Assembly (NCBI RefSeq): GCF_009914755.1
Contig: NC_060925.1
Direction: 5' to 3' (one strand)
Origin: the human T2T-CHM13v2.0 reference genome, Homo sapiens
Length of the DNA: 64,000 nucleotides
Of the stretch, positions 29,614-43,171 are shown piece after piece. How positions within the stretch are numbered: position 1 is the stretch's first letter; every line of letters begins with the position of its first letter. Under the pieces are notes generated by a model. That model did not search any database. It saw only the letters and a list, made by a program, of their open reading frames with translations, and was not told the DNA's origin. A program made the translations under genes and the position numbers.

Positions 29614-29661
29614 TTAGTCAATGACACCAGCTTGACGGATCTTTCTTTCTGCACCAAACCC
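29614..29661 (-). CDS. CSDE1: CSDE1 last coding exon (GFGAERKIRQAGVID*)
   Basis: CAG acceptor and the UNR C-terminus. Confidence 0.96.
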   Translation of the reverse strand, partial: GFGAERKIRQAGVID

Positions 29662-30057
29662 CTGTGGGGGGGAGAAAAAAAAAACCCTGCAGTTAATGAT
29701 TTGAGCGCACAACAATCATAGTACATTCACTATTCCGAAATGAAACTACAAAAGCATTATTTTTAATCATCTTATGCAGTACTAATTCTTTCCTAGAGGA
29801 GAAAATCCACAGTAAGCACTCCTGACCCATTCATTACCTAAACTGTCTTCAAAGCATCAAGAAAAGAAATGTGCTTCTTACTGTAAGCAACCATTAGGTT
29901 AGGGGGCTGAACCAATGTGTAGAAAGTCCTAACTAGTTATAAGCAATATGGAAGTCTCCCTGCTTCATTAAGTTTCCTGACCTATTGTTTAAATAGGACC
30001 ACATATTTTATGTTGGTCTATCAGTTGGCCTCCCCCAAGCCTTGTATGCCCTCATAC

Positions 30058-30190
30058 CATTGAGTTATCTGGTCCCCTTGGCTGACGAAGAACCATTAGG
30101 CGAGGAGCACTGGCATCATCCAGAGTGATATTCTTCAAGCGATTGACCAACCGATCAGGTCGAGGAGCTGCAACAGCCTTGGGGCCCTCA
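30058..30190 (-). CDS. CSDE1: CSDE1 exon 19 (133 nt; ..[26 protein letters not shown])
   Basis: Canonical splice sites, phase-0 donor, SUZ-C-like region. Confidence 0.96.
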
Positions 30191-30471
30191 CTGTAATTAA
30201 GTCAAAAGATGAGAAGAAACCACACTTGGTGGGCAGACAGCAAGCACTTGCAAAGGAGTGTGTTTTCCACCTAACTGCCCAAATGACTCACTTTTTATGA
30301 TGGGACTCTTGCCTCATATACCTAGCTAGAAAGACAGGACAGACAAGTTTGTTTATGTATTATTATCCCCAACTCAAGGTCCCAACTTAATAGGAATGGA
30401 AGGAATCATTTGCAGACCCTAGACTTGAATGCAATCAAGAGTGACCAGTTCCACAGATGCATAAAAAAACA

Positions 30472-30745
30472 AGGTAGCAGATGTGGTAGCTAACACCTGT
30501 AATCCCAGCGCTTTGAGAGGACAGGGCAGGAGGAACACTTGAGCCCAGAAGTTCGAGATCAGCCTGGGCAAAACAGTGGGACCATGTCTCTACAAAAAAT
30601 AAAATTGGCTGCATGTGGTGGCGCATGCTTGTAGTCCCAGCTACTGGGGAAGCTGACGTGGGAGAATTGCTTAGGCCCAGGGGGTTGAGTCTGCAGTGAG
30701 TCGTGATAGCGCCTGGGTAACCGAATCAGACTGTGAGACTGTCTC
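30472..30745 (+). mobile_element. Alu (J-like)
   Basis: Diverged Alu consensus. Confidence 0.85.
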
Positions 30746-31023
30746 TGGGGAAGCAAAGCGGCATTATGAATCAGCATGGCTAAACTATTAGAATTTTAAG
30801 TAGCATATAACCTAGAAATGACTTAATGGAAGAAGAAGAATTTGGCAAAAATTTTAAAAAACATGTACTAAACAATCTTTTTGTATTCAACTAGAAGTAG
30901 GAAGTATCAAGAAATAATAAGTGGCAGAAGACAAGGCACAGAAAAGTGATGTGACAAAACAGAGACTATAAAGTTGAGACACTCCAGGGTAGTTACTAAT
31001 CAAACCACAACAACAAAACTCAC

Positions 31024-31187
31024 CAGACTCGCCAAACATTACAGGCGCTGCACTTGCCAGTGCGCTGATTAAGAATCACTGAGAACTCCACCTCATCTCC
31101 TGCCTGTAGCTCAATGCCATCCTGAACTTCTTTCACATGGAAAAAGAGCTTCTTGCTATCTCCTACTTCATAGTTAATGAAGCCAAA
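31024..31187 (-). CDS. CSDE1: CSDE1 exon 18 (164 nt; cold-shock domain FGFI/LFFH)
   Basis: ORF track 31020..31250 and canonical splice sites. Confidence 0.97.
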
Positions 31188-31983
31188 CTGAAAAAAAAAA
31201 GTAGGTAAAAAAGAGAGGGCATGCCACACCTCACTCTGAATGAAGCACAATGCCTGCCCCTATCTAAAAGGATGTATAAAACATGGTATTAATGTTGATA
31301 CTCCAGTCCAGCTGCCTGTGGCAAAACCTGTCAGGGAAGAAATGTATCTCTGAAAGTGCCATTCACTATATCACAAACTTGAACCAAACAAATAAAACTT
31401 GCCTTGTTCCTTCGTATATTATGAACTAAGCTTTTTGAATTAAGCAAACTCATCAGGAAGCTGTTACTTCAACATATATATTGTTTGGATCCCCTCTAGA
31501 ATTAAGCTGGGTTATAGTAGCAGCCATACAAAATGTTATTATTCTCTGTACTGATGAAAAACATTCTGAGGACTCAGATTTCCCTGAGATCTCAGGAGTA
31601 AGACTAAGTTTGTTTGCCCTAAGCTTATTTTTTAAGTACTTTTGAACGTGGTTTCTGTGTTTGTGTGATATGCAAAAGAAGCTCTAAGCAAAAGTGTACA
31701 AAACCATATAGTCCTTCTATTCTGGAAATCTCACCCCTAACTTATTTTCCCCATTGCATAATATTAGTTACTAATACCAATCTTACTTTCTCATTGCTAA
31801 TATAGTCACTTTTTGTGTAGTTTTCTGTTTTTATTAAGCTACCTCAAATGACTGAAAAAAGGTGAAGTAGAAATAAAAAAACGAATGAATGTTGATGATT
31901 TCCCCTTGGCTGAAAATATTTGAAGGTTTTGGTTACCAACTCATAGAAGGATCAAATTCAGATACAGAGATGCTGGCACTTAC

Positions 31984-32162
31984 CTGATCTTTCACACATT
32001 CCACTGTGGCCCTGCGCAGGGGTGTGATGTTGTAAGCCATAGTTTGTGCATTTTGGCCCAGGACACACAATTGGAACTTGACGCTCTCCCCTTTCTGCAG
32101 GCAATCCCCTTTGTTGGCCATCCCAACGATGCCAAATGGATAGACCTCACCTTTCATATCGC
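31984..32162 (-). CDS. CSDE1: CSDE1 exon 17 (179 nt)
   Basis: ORF track 31933..32157 and canonical splice sites. Confidence 0.97.
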
Positions 32163-32669
32163 CTGTAAAACAGGTACAAAGTCTAAAAGCTAGTATTTCA
32201 CAACAGTCCTCTGCTGATGACCCTAGGAAGTTTATATAACTGCTAAAAATGTGTTATGTTACTTAAAATATATTTACATTTTCAGTACTCAGAAGTTTCA
32301 CCTTAAAGCTTAAATGAAATCCTAAATGTTAAATACTACCATGGAACCAAATGAGAATGTCACAGCTCCCATCAGTACTTTATTAGCTGATGAACAATTT
32401 TAAACTGCATTTATAAATTAAAACAAAAAATACTGTCATTTACAATCCCATTGCCTAAATTTTAAGCACTATGGGTTGCCAATATTCACAGGACTATCTT
32501 CTTCCCAAGTTCACAATATGAGCCAACCAAAAATACTTTTGTCCCATACTCAATGAGCCAGTAAACAACTAGGCGGGCACAGGCAAAAACAATTTAGATA
32601 AATTTGACACCCCATCTCCTTTTTTTTTGTTCGAATTCTGGCTCCCTCACATAGGTTCCTTTTTCCAGA

Positions 32670-32841
32670 TCAGAGACCAAAAACCATTTTCCTAAAGGGC
32701 CGGAGAGTATTATTTTAGGTTTGCAAGTCATCCTGTCTAACCAACTCTGCTGTTGTAGTGAGAAAGCAACGAAAAACAATATGTAAACAAATGGTTGTGG
32801 CTGTGATCACAAGAAAAGGCCACCATATATGCTGAGCCCTG
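32670..32841. mobile_element. MER58-like hAT relic
   Basis: AAAGGGCCGGAGAGTATTATTTTAGGTTTGC...CAACTCTGCTGTTGTAGTG resembles MER58A. Confidence 0.6.
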
Positions 32842-33039
32842 CCCTACAGTATGAAGTTGCCTGGAGCCCGGTGCAGGCTACAGATAAAAACTATGCCAAA
32901 GAATTCAGCTGCCTAACAATTTTCAGCATCCAGGCAAATGTACTCAGTCAACAATAGTGGAAAACATGAGAAAAACAGGTGGGAAGCAGAAGCTTCTAAC
33001 CATCCTCTTGATGATTACAGGGTAAGTGAAGAATTTTTG

Positions 33040-33628
<589 letters not shown>

Positions 33629-33990
33629 CAGCTGACTTTTAATTTTAAATACAGGAACCAAAAAACTTTGAGGAGATAATCCAAAGAGATCAAGTCATGG
33701 GAAGAGTGATTAGAGGAAGCTGGTCTGACCTCATGCAATATCAATAATTACCATTTATGATGCACATACTGATTCATACTTTATAGAACCATCTAAGGCT
33801 GAAGGTATTACCATTTTAAAGATGAAGAAACTGAGCTAGCAAAGATTTAAGTTATTTGTCCAAGATTATATGCTAGAACGGTGTCCAGATCTAGGTCTGC
33901 CCAACTTCAAAGTCTTAGTATAAGTTACAGTTGTGTTCCTGAATAAAAGAGCTAGTTCTTACCAAGTGGGAAAATGTAATCTGTCTAGTC

Positions 33991-34089
33991 CCGGGCTTAG
34001 AGATGCCTAAACAAAACCCTTGCTTTGGACTATATCCCACCAGGCTTAGAGATGCCTAAATAAAACCCTTGCTTTGGACTATATCCCAC
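33991..34089. repeat. 49-bp tandem duplication (2 copies, 2 mismatches)
   Basis: GGCTTAGAGATGCCTAAA(C/T)AAAACCCTTGCTTTGGACTATATCCCAC repeated at period 49. Confidence 0.95.
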
Positions 34090-34447
34090 AGCCAGTGCTG
34101 AAGAATGAGTGGACTGGGAAGTGGGGATGGAAAAGGAAGTAAAAGCAGCACGTTAGGAGATGGAAGGGCAATTTGATATCATATTATGAGTTAAAGTTAG
34201 TAGTCCATACTCCCATGGCCTTTTTAGGGGTGTGATGTCATGGCATTTGTTTAAAAATTCATATTTAGAGGTGGGAGAACAGTGGTTTTATGTAGAACAG
34301 AAATTCTAAGAATCCCATGTGGTAAAGGAATAGGTTATCAAGGTTCATTTCCTTCTCCCAAATGACCTGCTATTCAGCACTTTATGTTCGCTGACTCTTA
34401 GATGATGCAAGGACTTTATTCTCTTTGTAAACCAAGCCATCATCTTT

Positions 34448-34602
34448 TCTTTTTAAAATTTTTTTATTATTAGTTTTTTTAATAGTAGAGACGGGGTTTC
34501 ACCATGCTGGCCAGGCTGGTCACGAACTCCTGGCCTCGTGATCCGCCCGCCTCAGCCTCCCAAAGTGCTGGGATTACAGGCGTGAACCACCACGCCCGGC
34601 CT
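34448..34602 (-). mobile_element. Alu left monomer only, with full TSD
   Basis: TSD ACCAAGCCATCATCTTT at 34431-34447 and 34603-34619. Confidence 0.9.
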
Positions 34603-35327
34603 ACCAAGCCATCATCTTTGGTTGGAATACTCAAGCCCTCTCATCTACTCCACATCATGTAATTCTGCTATCCTAATCATCTACAGAGTTCTCTCCTATT
34701 TCTATCATGTATTTATTTTATGCATACAGATCATACAAAGTTGGCCTTTCTGATGGTGACTGTTGGGGGAACAGCGGCACTGGAACTCTGGGAATTCTTG
34801 AAGATAGATGGGGAAAAAAGAAGAAGAAAGTAGAGAATGAAAGGAAGCCTGAGCTAGAAACGAGAAATAGGATCCTCATAGAACTCTAGCTATTAAGAAA
34901 CAGATTATGTACATATGTGTAGTGTAGGGGGGAAAAAAACAGTAAACTTTTACAGGAAGCAAAAATACAGAACTGAATGCTTACTGATTTAAATACTAAT
35001 GAAGGAACTGAATATTTGATTATCATACACTCAACAGTAAAAGCTTTGGTTATCAGAGTTTGTTGTTAAGTCTATCTCAATATAACTCATAGTTGCTCAT
35101 GTATCAGTCATGTGCTCACAAAGCAGTCATGTTTTCACTATTTAAACCCAGACTGACCTCATTTTCAAGGGGTATAAAAATAAAAAGCAAGCATGAGAGA
35201 GGTCACTTTTCCTTAATTCAGTTTTAAACCTAAAAACAACTGCAATAAGCACCATATTTTAAAACTTTATAGGTGCTCATCTGAAGTTATGGCAAATTTC
35301 AAACAGCCTGATAGTGATGATCCTTAC

Positions 35328-35447
35328 CCTCCTCCACAATCTCAATCATTCCTTGGTACTCAGTCTGTGTTGGATCAACACTCCTCAGGGGGCGAATTAC
35401 TTTGCCAGAGTAAATGGTGGGATCAGCTTCCTCAGTAATGCCATTCA
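35328..35447 (-). CDS. CSDE1: CSDE1 exon 16 (120 nt)
   Basis: NGITEEADPTIYSGKVIRPLRSVDPTQTEYQGMIEIVEE; canonical sites, phases fit. Confidence 0.96.
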
Positions 35448-36171
35448 CTACAAAACAAAGGCAGGTACATCTTTCAATTTTATTTCATCTCTACTACATA
35501 GAAAGACAAGTAAGCAAAAAATAACAGCACAAATGTTAACAGGGTAGGTTGGCTGGCTGCTATTGAAATGGGGTAGGGAACCTGAAGCCAAGTTCTATTT
35601 TTAGAACAGCTGCTGGACTTTAAATACTTCTAAACTACCAAAATGCCTGCTTTTCCTAAATAGAATTGTTTAAATAAAATTGTTTAAGGAATTAATAAGT
35701 ATTCATAAATAAAACATGCCTTGATCTCTTACTTTTTCCAGGTGACCATATGTCATTTTTTAAGAAGCCTTTCCTGGTCTCTAAAATGTAAATCACAATA
35801 CTTACATACTGTCCTGATTCATCTTTATTACATGTATTGTTGTCTTTCTAAACATCATATACAGTATTTTACTCCTCTAGTCTGCCCCATATTTTCCACC
35901 AAAAAATAAGGTCAATGAATACAGGGATGTATCTGATTTCTTCACTGCTGTATCCCCAGTGTCTAAAACATAACACACACTTAAGAGTTCAGATGAGAGC
36001 CAAAAATAAGTTGCAGGTCTTTTAAAGTCAGAGATCCAAGATCCTAAATTACAATTAATTTTTTTAACTTCCCATTATTTTTCACATTTAGATTCATTCT
36101 TCTTCAAAACAATCTTCTAGGGAAATGCCTCTCTTCCCTACTCCATGGTGATGTATACATATCTTGGGGTT

Positions 36172-36332
36172 ATTTTTGTTTTTTTCAGACAGTCTTGCTC
36201 TGTCACCCAGGTTGGAGTGCAGTGGTAGGATCATCATGGCTCACTGCAGTCTCAACCTACCAGCACAAGCGGCCCTCCCACCTCAGCCTCCCAAGTAACT
36301 GTGACTACAGGCATCCACTACCACAGCTGGCT
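36172..36332 (-). mobile_element. Alu right-monomer fragment
   Basis: Partial reverse Alu match. Confidence 0.8.
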
Positions 36333-36403
36333 ATCCTGGGTTTATTTTTCAAAAGAAGACAATGAATTGAAAATATAAAGCAAATTTCCTAAAATATCTA
36401 GGC

Positions 36404-36572
36404 CAATCCTTCTCAAACTTCAGTGTATACCAGAATCACCTAAAGGATTTATTAAAAAAGAATGCCCACTCACAGAGTTTCAGTGGGTATGGGATAGGGT
36501 CAGAGAACGTATATTTCTAACAAGCAACCAGGTGATGCTGCTGTTCTATGGAATCGCACATGAGAATGACTG
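36404..36572. mobile_element. MER5A-like relic
   Basis: TTCTCAAACTTCAGTGTATACCAGAATCACC...TTTCTAACAAGC..CCAGGTGATGCTG. Confidence 0.65.
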
Positions 36573-36665
36573 ATGTAGAATAATTAGGCCTCATCTCCCT
36601 CTACTACTCCATCCTTTATCTCCCACTTAAAAGCACAGGCTGAATAAGAAGTCACAATTTATTAC

Positions 36666-36778
36666 CTGAGTGTGTTTTGTTCACTTTTTCTGCACTGACT
36701 TTGTTGCCTTTGCCTTTGGACAAGCTATACTCGACCATGTCCCCCAGTTCCAGGCTATCAACATCACCAGAGAACTCA
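36666..36778 (-). CDS. CSDE1: CSDE1 exon 15 (113 nt)
   Basis: EFSGDVDSLELGDMVEYSLSKGKGNKVSAEKVNKTHS; canonical sites. Confidence 0.96.
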
Positions 36779-37087
36779 CTAAGGAGAAAGGAAATGACAT
36801 TTAACTAAACATTACCATAAACATCAACAGTAACAGGCAGTCTTTATTTTACAGTAACAGTCATGGCATGGCATGCTTATTTACATTAGACACCATTTTA
36901 AGTAATTTCTATGTATTGACTCATTTAATCCTCAAGAATGCCCCATGAAGAGGTAACATTATCCCTAACTTCAGGATAATGAAACTAAGATACCAAGAAG
37001 TTATTTGGTAAAAATTACACAGGTATAAAGTGGCAGGGCCTGGATTCAAAAACTGAACTGTCTGGTTCTAAGAACCCTTACTTTCTA

Positions 37088-37377
37088 TTTTTTTTTTGAG
37101 ACAGAGTCTCACTCTGTTGGCTAGGCTGGAGTACAGTGGTGCGATCTCAGCTTACTGCAACCTCTGCCTCCCAGGATCAAGTGGTCCTCCCACATCAGCC
37201 TCCTGAGTTGGTGAGACTACAGGTATGCACCACCATGTCAGGCTAATTTTGGTAATTTTTGTGGAGATGGAGTTTCACCGTGTTGCTCAGGCTGGCCTCG
37301 AACTCCTGGGCTCAAGGGATCCACCTGCCTCAGCCCCCAAAGTGCTGGGATTATAGGCATGAGCCACCACACCCAGT
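37088..37377 (-). mobile_element. Alu (J-like)
   Basis: Reverse Alu consensus. Confidence 0.9.
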
Positions 37378-37654
37378 CAGACCCCTTACTCTTACACTAC
37401 ATTATACACCAAATGGCCAACTCTATGGTACCAACACAAAAAATAAGGTGGCACAGGCCTTTCTATTTCTTTTGGCCACAGGCTCTGTATATAGTAAGAT
37501 CAGTGATTAACTTCAGTTTATATCTTGCCATAATTCTACCAATATGAAATCTGAACCTCAACAAGTATAATCAATCAATACTAAATGTTTTTTATTCCAA
37601 CACCAAAGAATGGATGGTAAGTTAGCTGTAAAGTTCCTGAAAGTCACGCCTTAC

Positions 37655-37830
37655 CTGTAATGGAAAAAGATTTCCTTATCATGATTGGCTGTTTCAATAA
37701 ATCCAAAATTATCCTTCAGAGTTGCCACATAACCCAAGAGCCTCTTGGAGTTAGAATTACGACCTAAAAGTCGCACACAAGTTGCAACCTGCTGTCCAGG
37801 CCTCTGTTTGTCACTAATACTAAATTCAAC
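37655..37830 (-). CDS. CSDE1: CSDE1 exon 14 (176 nt)
   Basis: VEFSISDKQRPG...DNFGFIETANHDKEIFFHY; canonical sites. Confidence 0.96.
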
Positions 37831-38426
37831 CTGTGAAAATTAAGGATGCTCATTAACACCATATCACTTCCACACCAATCTCCTTAACTCAGAAAACAAG
37901 ACCTATAACTCCCCCAGCGCATGCTTTTCATTCCAAATATCCTTTGTTATTACTTCAATGAAATTGATTTTCACCAAAACATTTATGTCTCATCCCACTT
38001 TTCACAAAGGATCAAACTTTTATCTTTCAGTCTATATTCCTTATAGATTCTGAATTTCTCTAGAGGGCTATCCAAAAACCAAACATATTAAGTATGAGAA
38101 AAAATGAACAACAACGTAAAATCTTTGGTGTGCTTTTACTTTGATAATGTTTCAGTAGTAACTGTTTTAACTTTCTTACCAATAACGATTTTATTAAGCA
38201 TGTTTTATCTAACGTTTAAACAGCTAGATTAACAAGGCTTTGATTAACAAAGAGCTTGACAGACACTTTTAATAAGCTGCTTTCAAATACAAGATATTCA
38301 TGTATTTCTCTTAAACACAAAATATATTTCAGCAAAACTTGATAAAATTTGAAGAACCCATCCTGCAGGATTTATGATTAAGATGACAACTCTTAACCCT
38401 CTCTCGAATGAGCAGAATTATCTTGC

Positions 38427-38534
38427 CTTATCTCCTATTTGAGGAGAAGTAGATCCTTCCACATCCTTGGCTTGAAAAGCAATAGTCAGTTTCACCCCAC
38501 AGTCATCATAAGCAATAATGCCATCCTCAGCCTC
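38427..38534 (-). CDS. CSDE1: CSDE1 exon 13 (108 nt), ends in a GC donor
   Basis: EAEDGIIAYDDCGVKLTIAFQAKDVEGSTSPQIGDK|GCAAGA; this boundary is needed for the 2397-nt CDS. Confidence 0.94.
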
Positions 38535-39163
38535 CTAAAGAGATACAGTCAAAAACAGAATGAAAACAATCTCAAGAACAAAAACCAATAAAAACAACTA
38601 TAGTTCTTACATATTCTTGTGCCAAAGGATTGGTACAGCTGTAAAAATGTCTTATTCCAGCATTTTCTAAAAGATTATTCATATGAATAAAAGGTAGTCT
38701 TGCCTTAAGCCTAGCTCAGTCTGCTGTAATTTTTAATTGGTCTTTCAATCTTAAGAATCTAATTTTTGCTATTGAGGAGAAAAAAGCTTACTGAAAATGT
38801 TTAATACACCTGCGCTCCTCATAGCCAATCAGAAATTAAACTGGGCATGTTACTTCCAAGGAAGTGGAAATTCTATAAGGGCAAGAAGCTTTAGTATTTC
38901 CTAAAGAAGCTGCTGAAGTATCCTCTTTTAGTAGCACACAGCACCTTGCACAGTATTTAATATATAATGTCAATCAATATACTTAACAATGCAGGATAAT
39001 TTGGTGTATGATCTAGCACAGTTCAAGTACTTGACATAAAGTAGATGATTAAAAATTATGACATACTAGTATTTCAACAATTTTTTTTAATACCAGACTT
39101 CAAGGAGAAACAACATTTCAGTCATCGTACGTGTAAGAATGATTAACTCTTAAAAAATCTAAG

Positions 39164-39264
39164 GGCTGGTCTGAAGGTAGTGGGTTATCTCGATTGTTCA
39201 GTCAGTTACAGATCGAACTTCCTTGTTCTCCTCTTTCCCCCCTTCTCACTACTGCACTTGACTA
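39164..39264 (+). pseudogene. Y1 RNA (RNY1) retropseudogene in a CSDE1 intron
   Basis: GGCTGGTCTGAAGGTAGTGGGTTATCTC...CACTACTGCACTTGACTA matches hY1. A-tail and TSD AAAA(A/G)TCTAAG at ~39153-39163 and 39272-39282. Confidence 0.93.
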
Positions 39265-40551
39265 AAAAAATAAAAGTCTAAGAAAGTTCAGGTGTGTCGT
39301 ATTGAATCACACCGTTAAGTAATGACAGTGTACAGCAACTACATAAATTATACTGATTTTATGGTTTCAACATTTCTATGAAGATAATGCCCATGTCCCT
39401 ACTCTAGCCCTGACTTCCTTCCTAAACTCCAGTCCTCATTACAAACTACGATATATTCAAAACCAATTCATTTTCCTCTTCTACCAATCACATTCCTTCC
39501 ATAACTGCTATATAATAATTTATTGAACACTTACAACATTACCAGGTATTATGTATTATCAAATTAATCTTGTACAAAATCATCTCCATAGTTTCTCTTT
39601 TCCCTCATTTTACAAATTGGGGAAATCTGAGGAATTAAGTAAACCTTACCAAGGTTACAAAACCCAGCGCAAAATAATCCAGAGGATTTGAGTTTGGTTA
39701 AGAACAATGTCAGTGAACTCAGGTCTGACTCCAATGTCATCAACTTTTCCACAACCAAACTCAAAAGCTTACTGTTCACCTTTTGCTCTTAACTCACCAA
39801 CTTCAACATCAACAGCTGACAATATACTATACATCAAATATATTAAATAGAGATAGGAGAATCCCTGCCCTGAGGGAGTCCAGTGCAGCAGAGACAGATT
39901 CATTAACAGGTAAATGTTATATACTGTAAGAAGCATGATGACAGAGGATTTACTAGGGTACTGTTGGACTAAGAAAGAAAAAAAAACAAAAAATGGCAGG
40001 GAAAGTCTCACACAAAGGCTCTCTTCATCAAGCCAGTTTTGCCAGACACATTTGGGAAGCAGAGCATTCCAAGAATTAAAAGTTATTAAAAATAAGCCCA
40101 ACTGAAGTGTATTTTTATTTTTGTTAACAGTATCATCTGTCACATGCGAAATTCCTATTATGAGCTAGGTACTTCGAGGGCTTTTTAAACTATTACACAA
40201 TCATTTTTGAAATTTAAAAACTGAAGCTCAGAGGTGAAATAATTTCCCAAGCTACAGTAAGTGATAAGCAAGATACTAGCCTTGCTCTTTCTGGCTAATA
40301 GCAATTATTAAATTATAACATGACTTTCCAGTATCTCTCATGTACCTTCACTTGTCTATAGTCACTATCTGTGTGCCTAGTTCAAGGACTACCTTAACTA
40401 TCCAAGTAATTTCATAGTAATCCTTTTCATCTTTTGTCTTTCTCCATCCCATCTAGGCTTCATATTGCTGCCATTACTCTCCCAAAGCACATACCTGATG
40501 TCATTATCCAAAAGAAATCTTTTCCTTGAAGTACAGAACAAGGTCTAAATT

Positions 40552-40840
40552 TTTTTTTTGGAGACGGAGTCTCACTCAGTCGCCCAGGATGGAGTGCAAT
40601 GGCGCCATCTCAGCTCACTAAAAGCTCTGCCTCCTGGGTTCACGCCATTCTCCTGCCTCAGCCTCCCGAGTAGCTGGGATTACAGGTGCCCACCACTATG
40701 CCCGGCTAATTTTTTTGTATTTTTAGTAGAGATGGGGTTTCACCATGTTAGCCAGGATGGTCTCAATCTCCTGACCTCGTGATCCGCCCGCCTCAGCCTC
40801 CCAAAGTGCTGGGTTTACAGGTGTGAGCCACCGCACCTGA
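40552..40840 (-). mobile_element. Alu (Y/Sc-like)
   Basis: TSD AAGGTCTAAATT. Confidence 0.93.
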
Positions 40841-41348
40841 CAATAAGGTCTAAATTCTTTAGAGCAGCAATCAACACCCTCCCAGTCTAGCTGGATCCTG
40901 ATTTTTCATCCTTATTTCTCCTAACCTCCCTCACCAACAAAAACCCACACACAAAACCAAAAAAAAAAAAAAAAAATTCCTGTCAGACTAGTTACTCATT
41001 GCTTCCTAAAGAAACCCTGAATTTTTCTCATCTATACTTTTACTCTGTGAAGAATGCTCTTTCCTGTCTCCATCTATTAGTAAAACCATCACATACCCTA
41101 CCAGTTAATTTTCACCAGAGCACTATCGCTGACCTTCAATAGCAATATTTTATATTCTATATGAATTACTTGTTTCTATAAAACTCTCAATTTGTTATTA
41201 ACTTGAAAGGAGAATTCATCTCAGACATCTTTCTATTTCCTATTTAGTGGATTTTTCAATAAATGAAATTTAAATGTGTGAACTGAGGATACACCCAACT
41301 TTGAAAGTTTTAAATTGCCTGGAAGACAGTACTATCATTTTATATAAC

Positions 41349-41557
41349 TAGTTCTCTACTTGGAATGAGTTTGCCTCCCAGGGGACATTTGGCAATGTCT
41401 GGACACATTTTTGGCTGTCACAATGGGAGGCAGGGAAAAGGGGTCAGAATACTAACTTCCAGTGGGTAGAGGCCAGAAATGCTGCTAAACATCCCATCCC
41501 CCACAGTAAAGAATCATTCATCCCAAAATGTCAATAATCCCAAGGTTAAGAAACCTT
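41349..41557. mobile_element. MER20 DNA transposon relic
   Basis: CCCAGGGGACATTTGGCAATGTCTGGACACATTTTTGGCTGTCACAA...GGGTAGAGGCCAG...GCTGCTAAACATCC. Confidence 0.85.
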
Positions 41558-41688
41558 ACTTTGTTTAGTTCACTGTTAATATGACAGAAATTCTGAAAGA
41601 GACAAACTTCCGCTGATTATATGTACTCTATTACTATGTGCTGTTAAAGCAGAAGAGAAATAAACAGCTACAAAAATCATTTGGATTA

Positions 41689-41865
<177 letters not shown>

Positions 41866-41938
41866 CTAAAAATGATAAAACAAAATTAACTTTCAATTGA
41901 AAAAGAAAGCATCAAGAAACACCTCCCAACTTTTCTCA

Positions 41939-42130
<192 letters not shown>

Positions 42131-43171
42131 TCAAGAAGGCAACATTCAACTTTACAACCACCATCAAGTTAAATTCATCAGGAATTTTCTCTGATGTGAC
42201 ACAAATACTGTATCCACATTTGAACTGTTCTCACTTAAGTACAAACTCATTGCTTTCAACAAAGTAACTTAACCTGAGCAATTTTCTAAGACTCTCCAAT
42301 TGCTACTTCCTGGCAAATATGCACTAGAAAAAATTACCACATGTGAACGTAAACACGTGAACACAATGTATTTCATAAAAGCCCAAGTCTAATGACAATA
42401 TAATCTCCAGAAACTTCACTAATTTACAGACCATAATTCCAAAGTAGACAAAGGCACTTCTCCAGTCTCTACCTCAAAAATTGCATGAGTTTAGGCCCAG
42501 GAAAGAGTTAAAATTTACATCTGAAGAATAAAATATATGCAATCTTTTCTCTTTTTTTTTTTTCCTTCTTACTAAATTATCAGCTTTGTAAGGCTTACTG
42601 TATCAAGAGTACCTGGAACATGGTAGATACTCATGTTTAATGAAACAATGAACACAAATTATCAATCTGCTATTGTATTACATACTACATATCTGCTCAC
42701 TGCAGAAGTGATTCTGTAAGTTTTAAATATGACCTAAACAATATTTTGACATTTAATCCTTGCCAAGTCCTGACAGTAGCCAAGTTATATTTTCCATACC
42801 GTAAAGCAAAACAGATCTTGCCTTTGAAAATGTAAAAAAAAAAAAAAAAATCACACATTCAGACTTACAAACTTTTAAAGTTAAATACACTGTGTCAAAT
42901 ACAACCAGTTCTTCAAAGGCAAAGGATTAAAAAAAACTCAAGAAACTTAAATTTTCATTCAATGTACCCAGTTCCACTGGCAACACTGAGTTATAGTGTA
43001 GATGATATGATCCCAAACGTAACTAAATGCAAATTATGTCTGAGAAAATGAGTTCATAAAACATGTTTGGGAAAAAATCTGGTTGGTTTATGCCACTCCC
43101 AGACACAAACTCTTAAAAAACAATTTGTGAAGTTCTGCCAAAACAAAACCTTTTTGACTCTGGTTTAATTG

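Noticed and set aside
33991-34089. Direct repeats as a possible CRISPR-like array
   Set aside because: Two adjacent copies with no spacer in human DNA; this is a simple tandem duplication.
38823-38852. CCAAT box (AGCCAATCAG) and p53-like half site in a CSDE1 intron
   Set aside because: Isolated short motifs with no CpG island or other promoter support.
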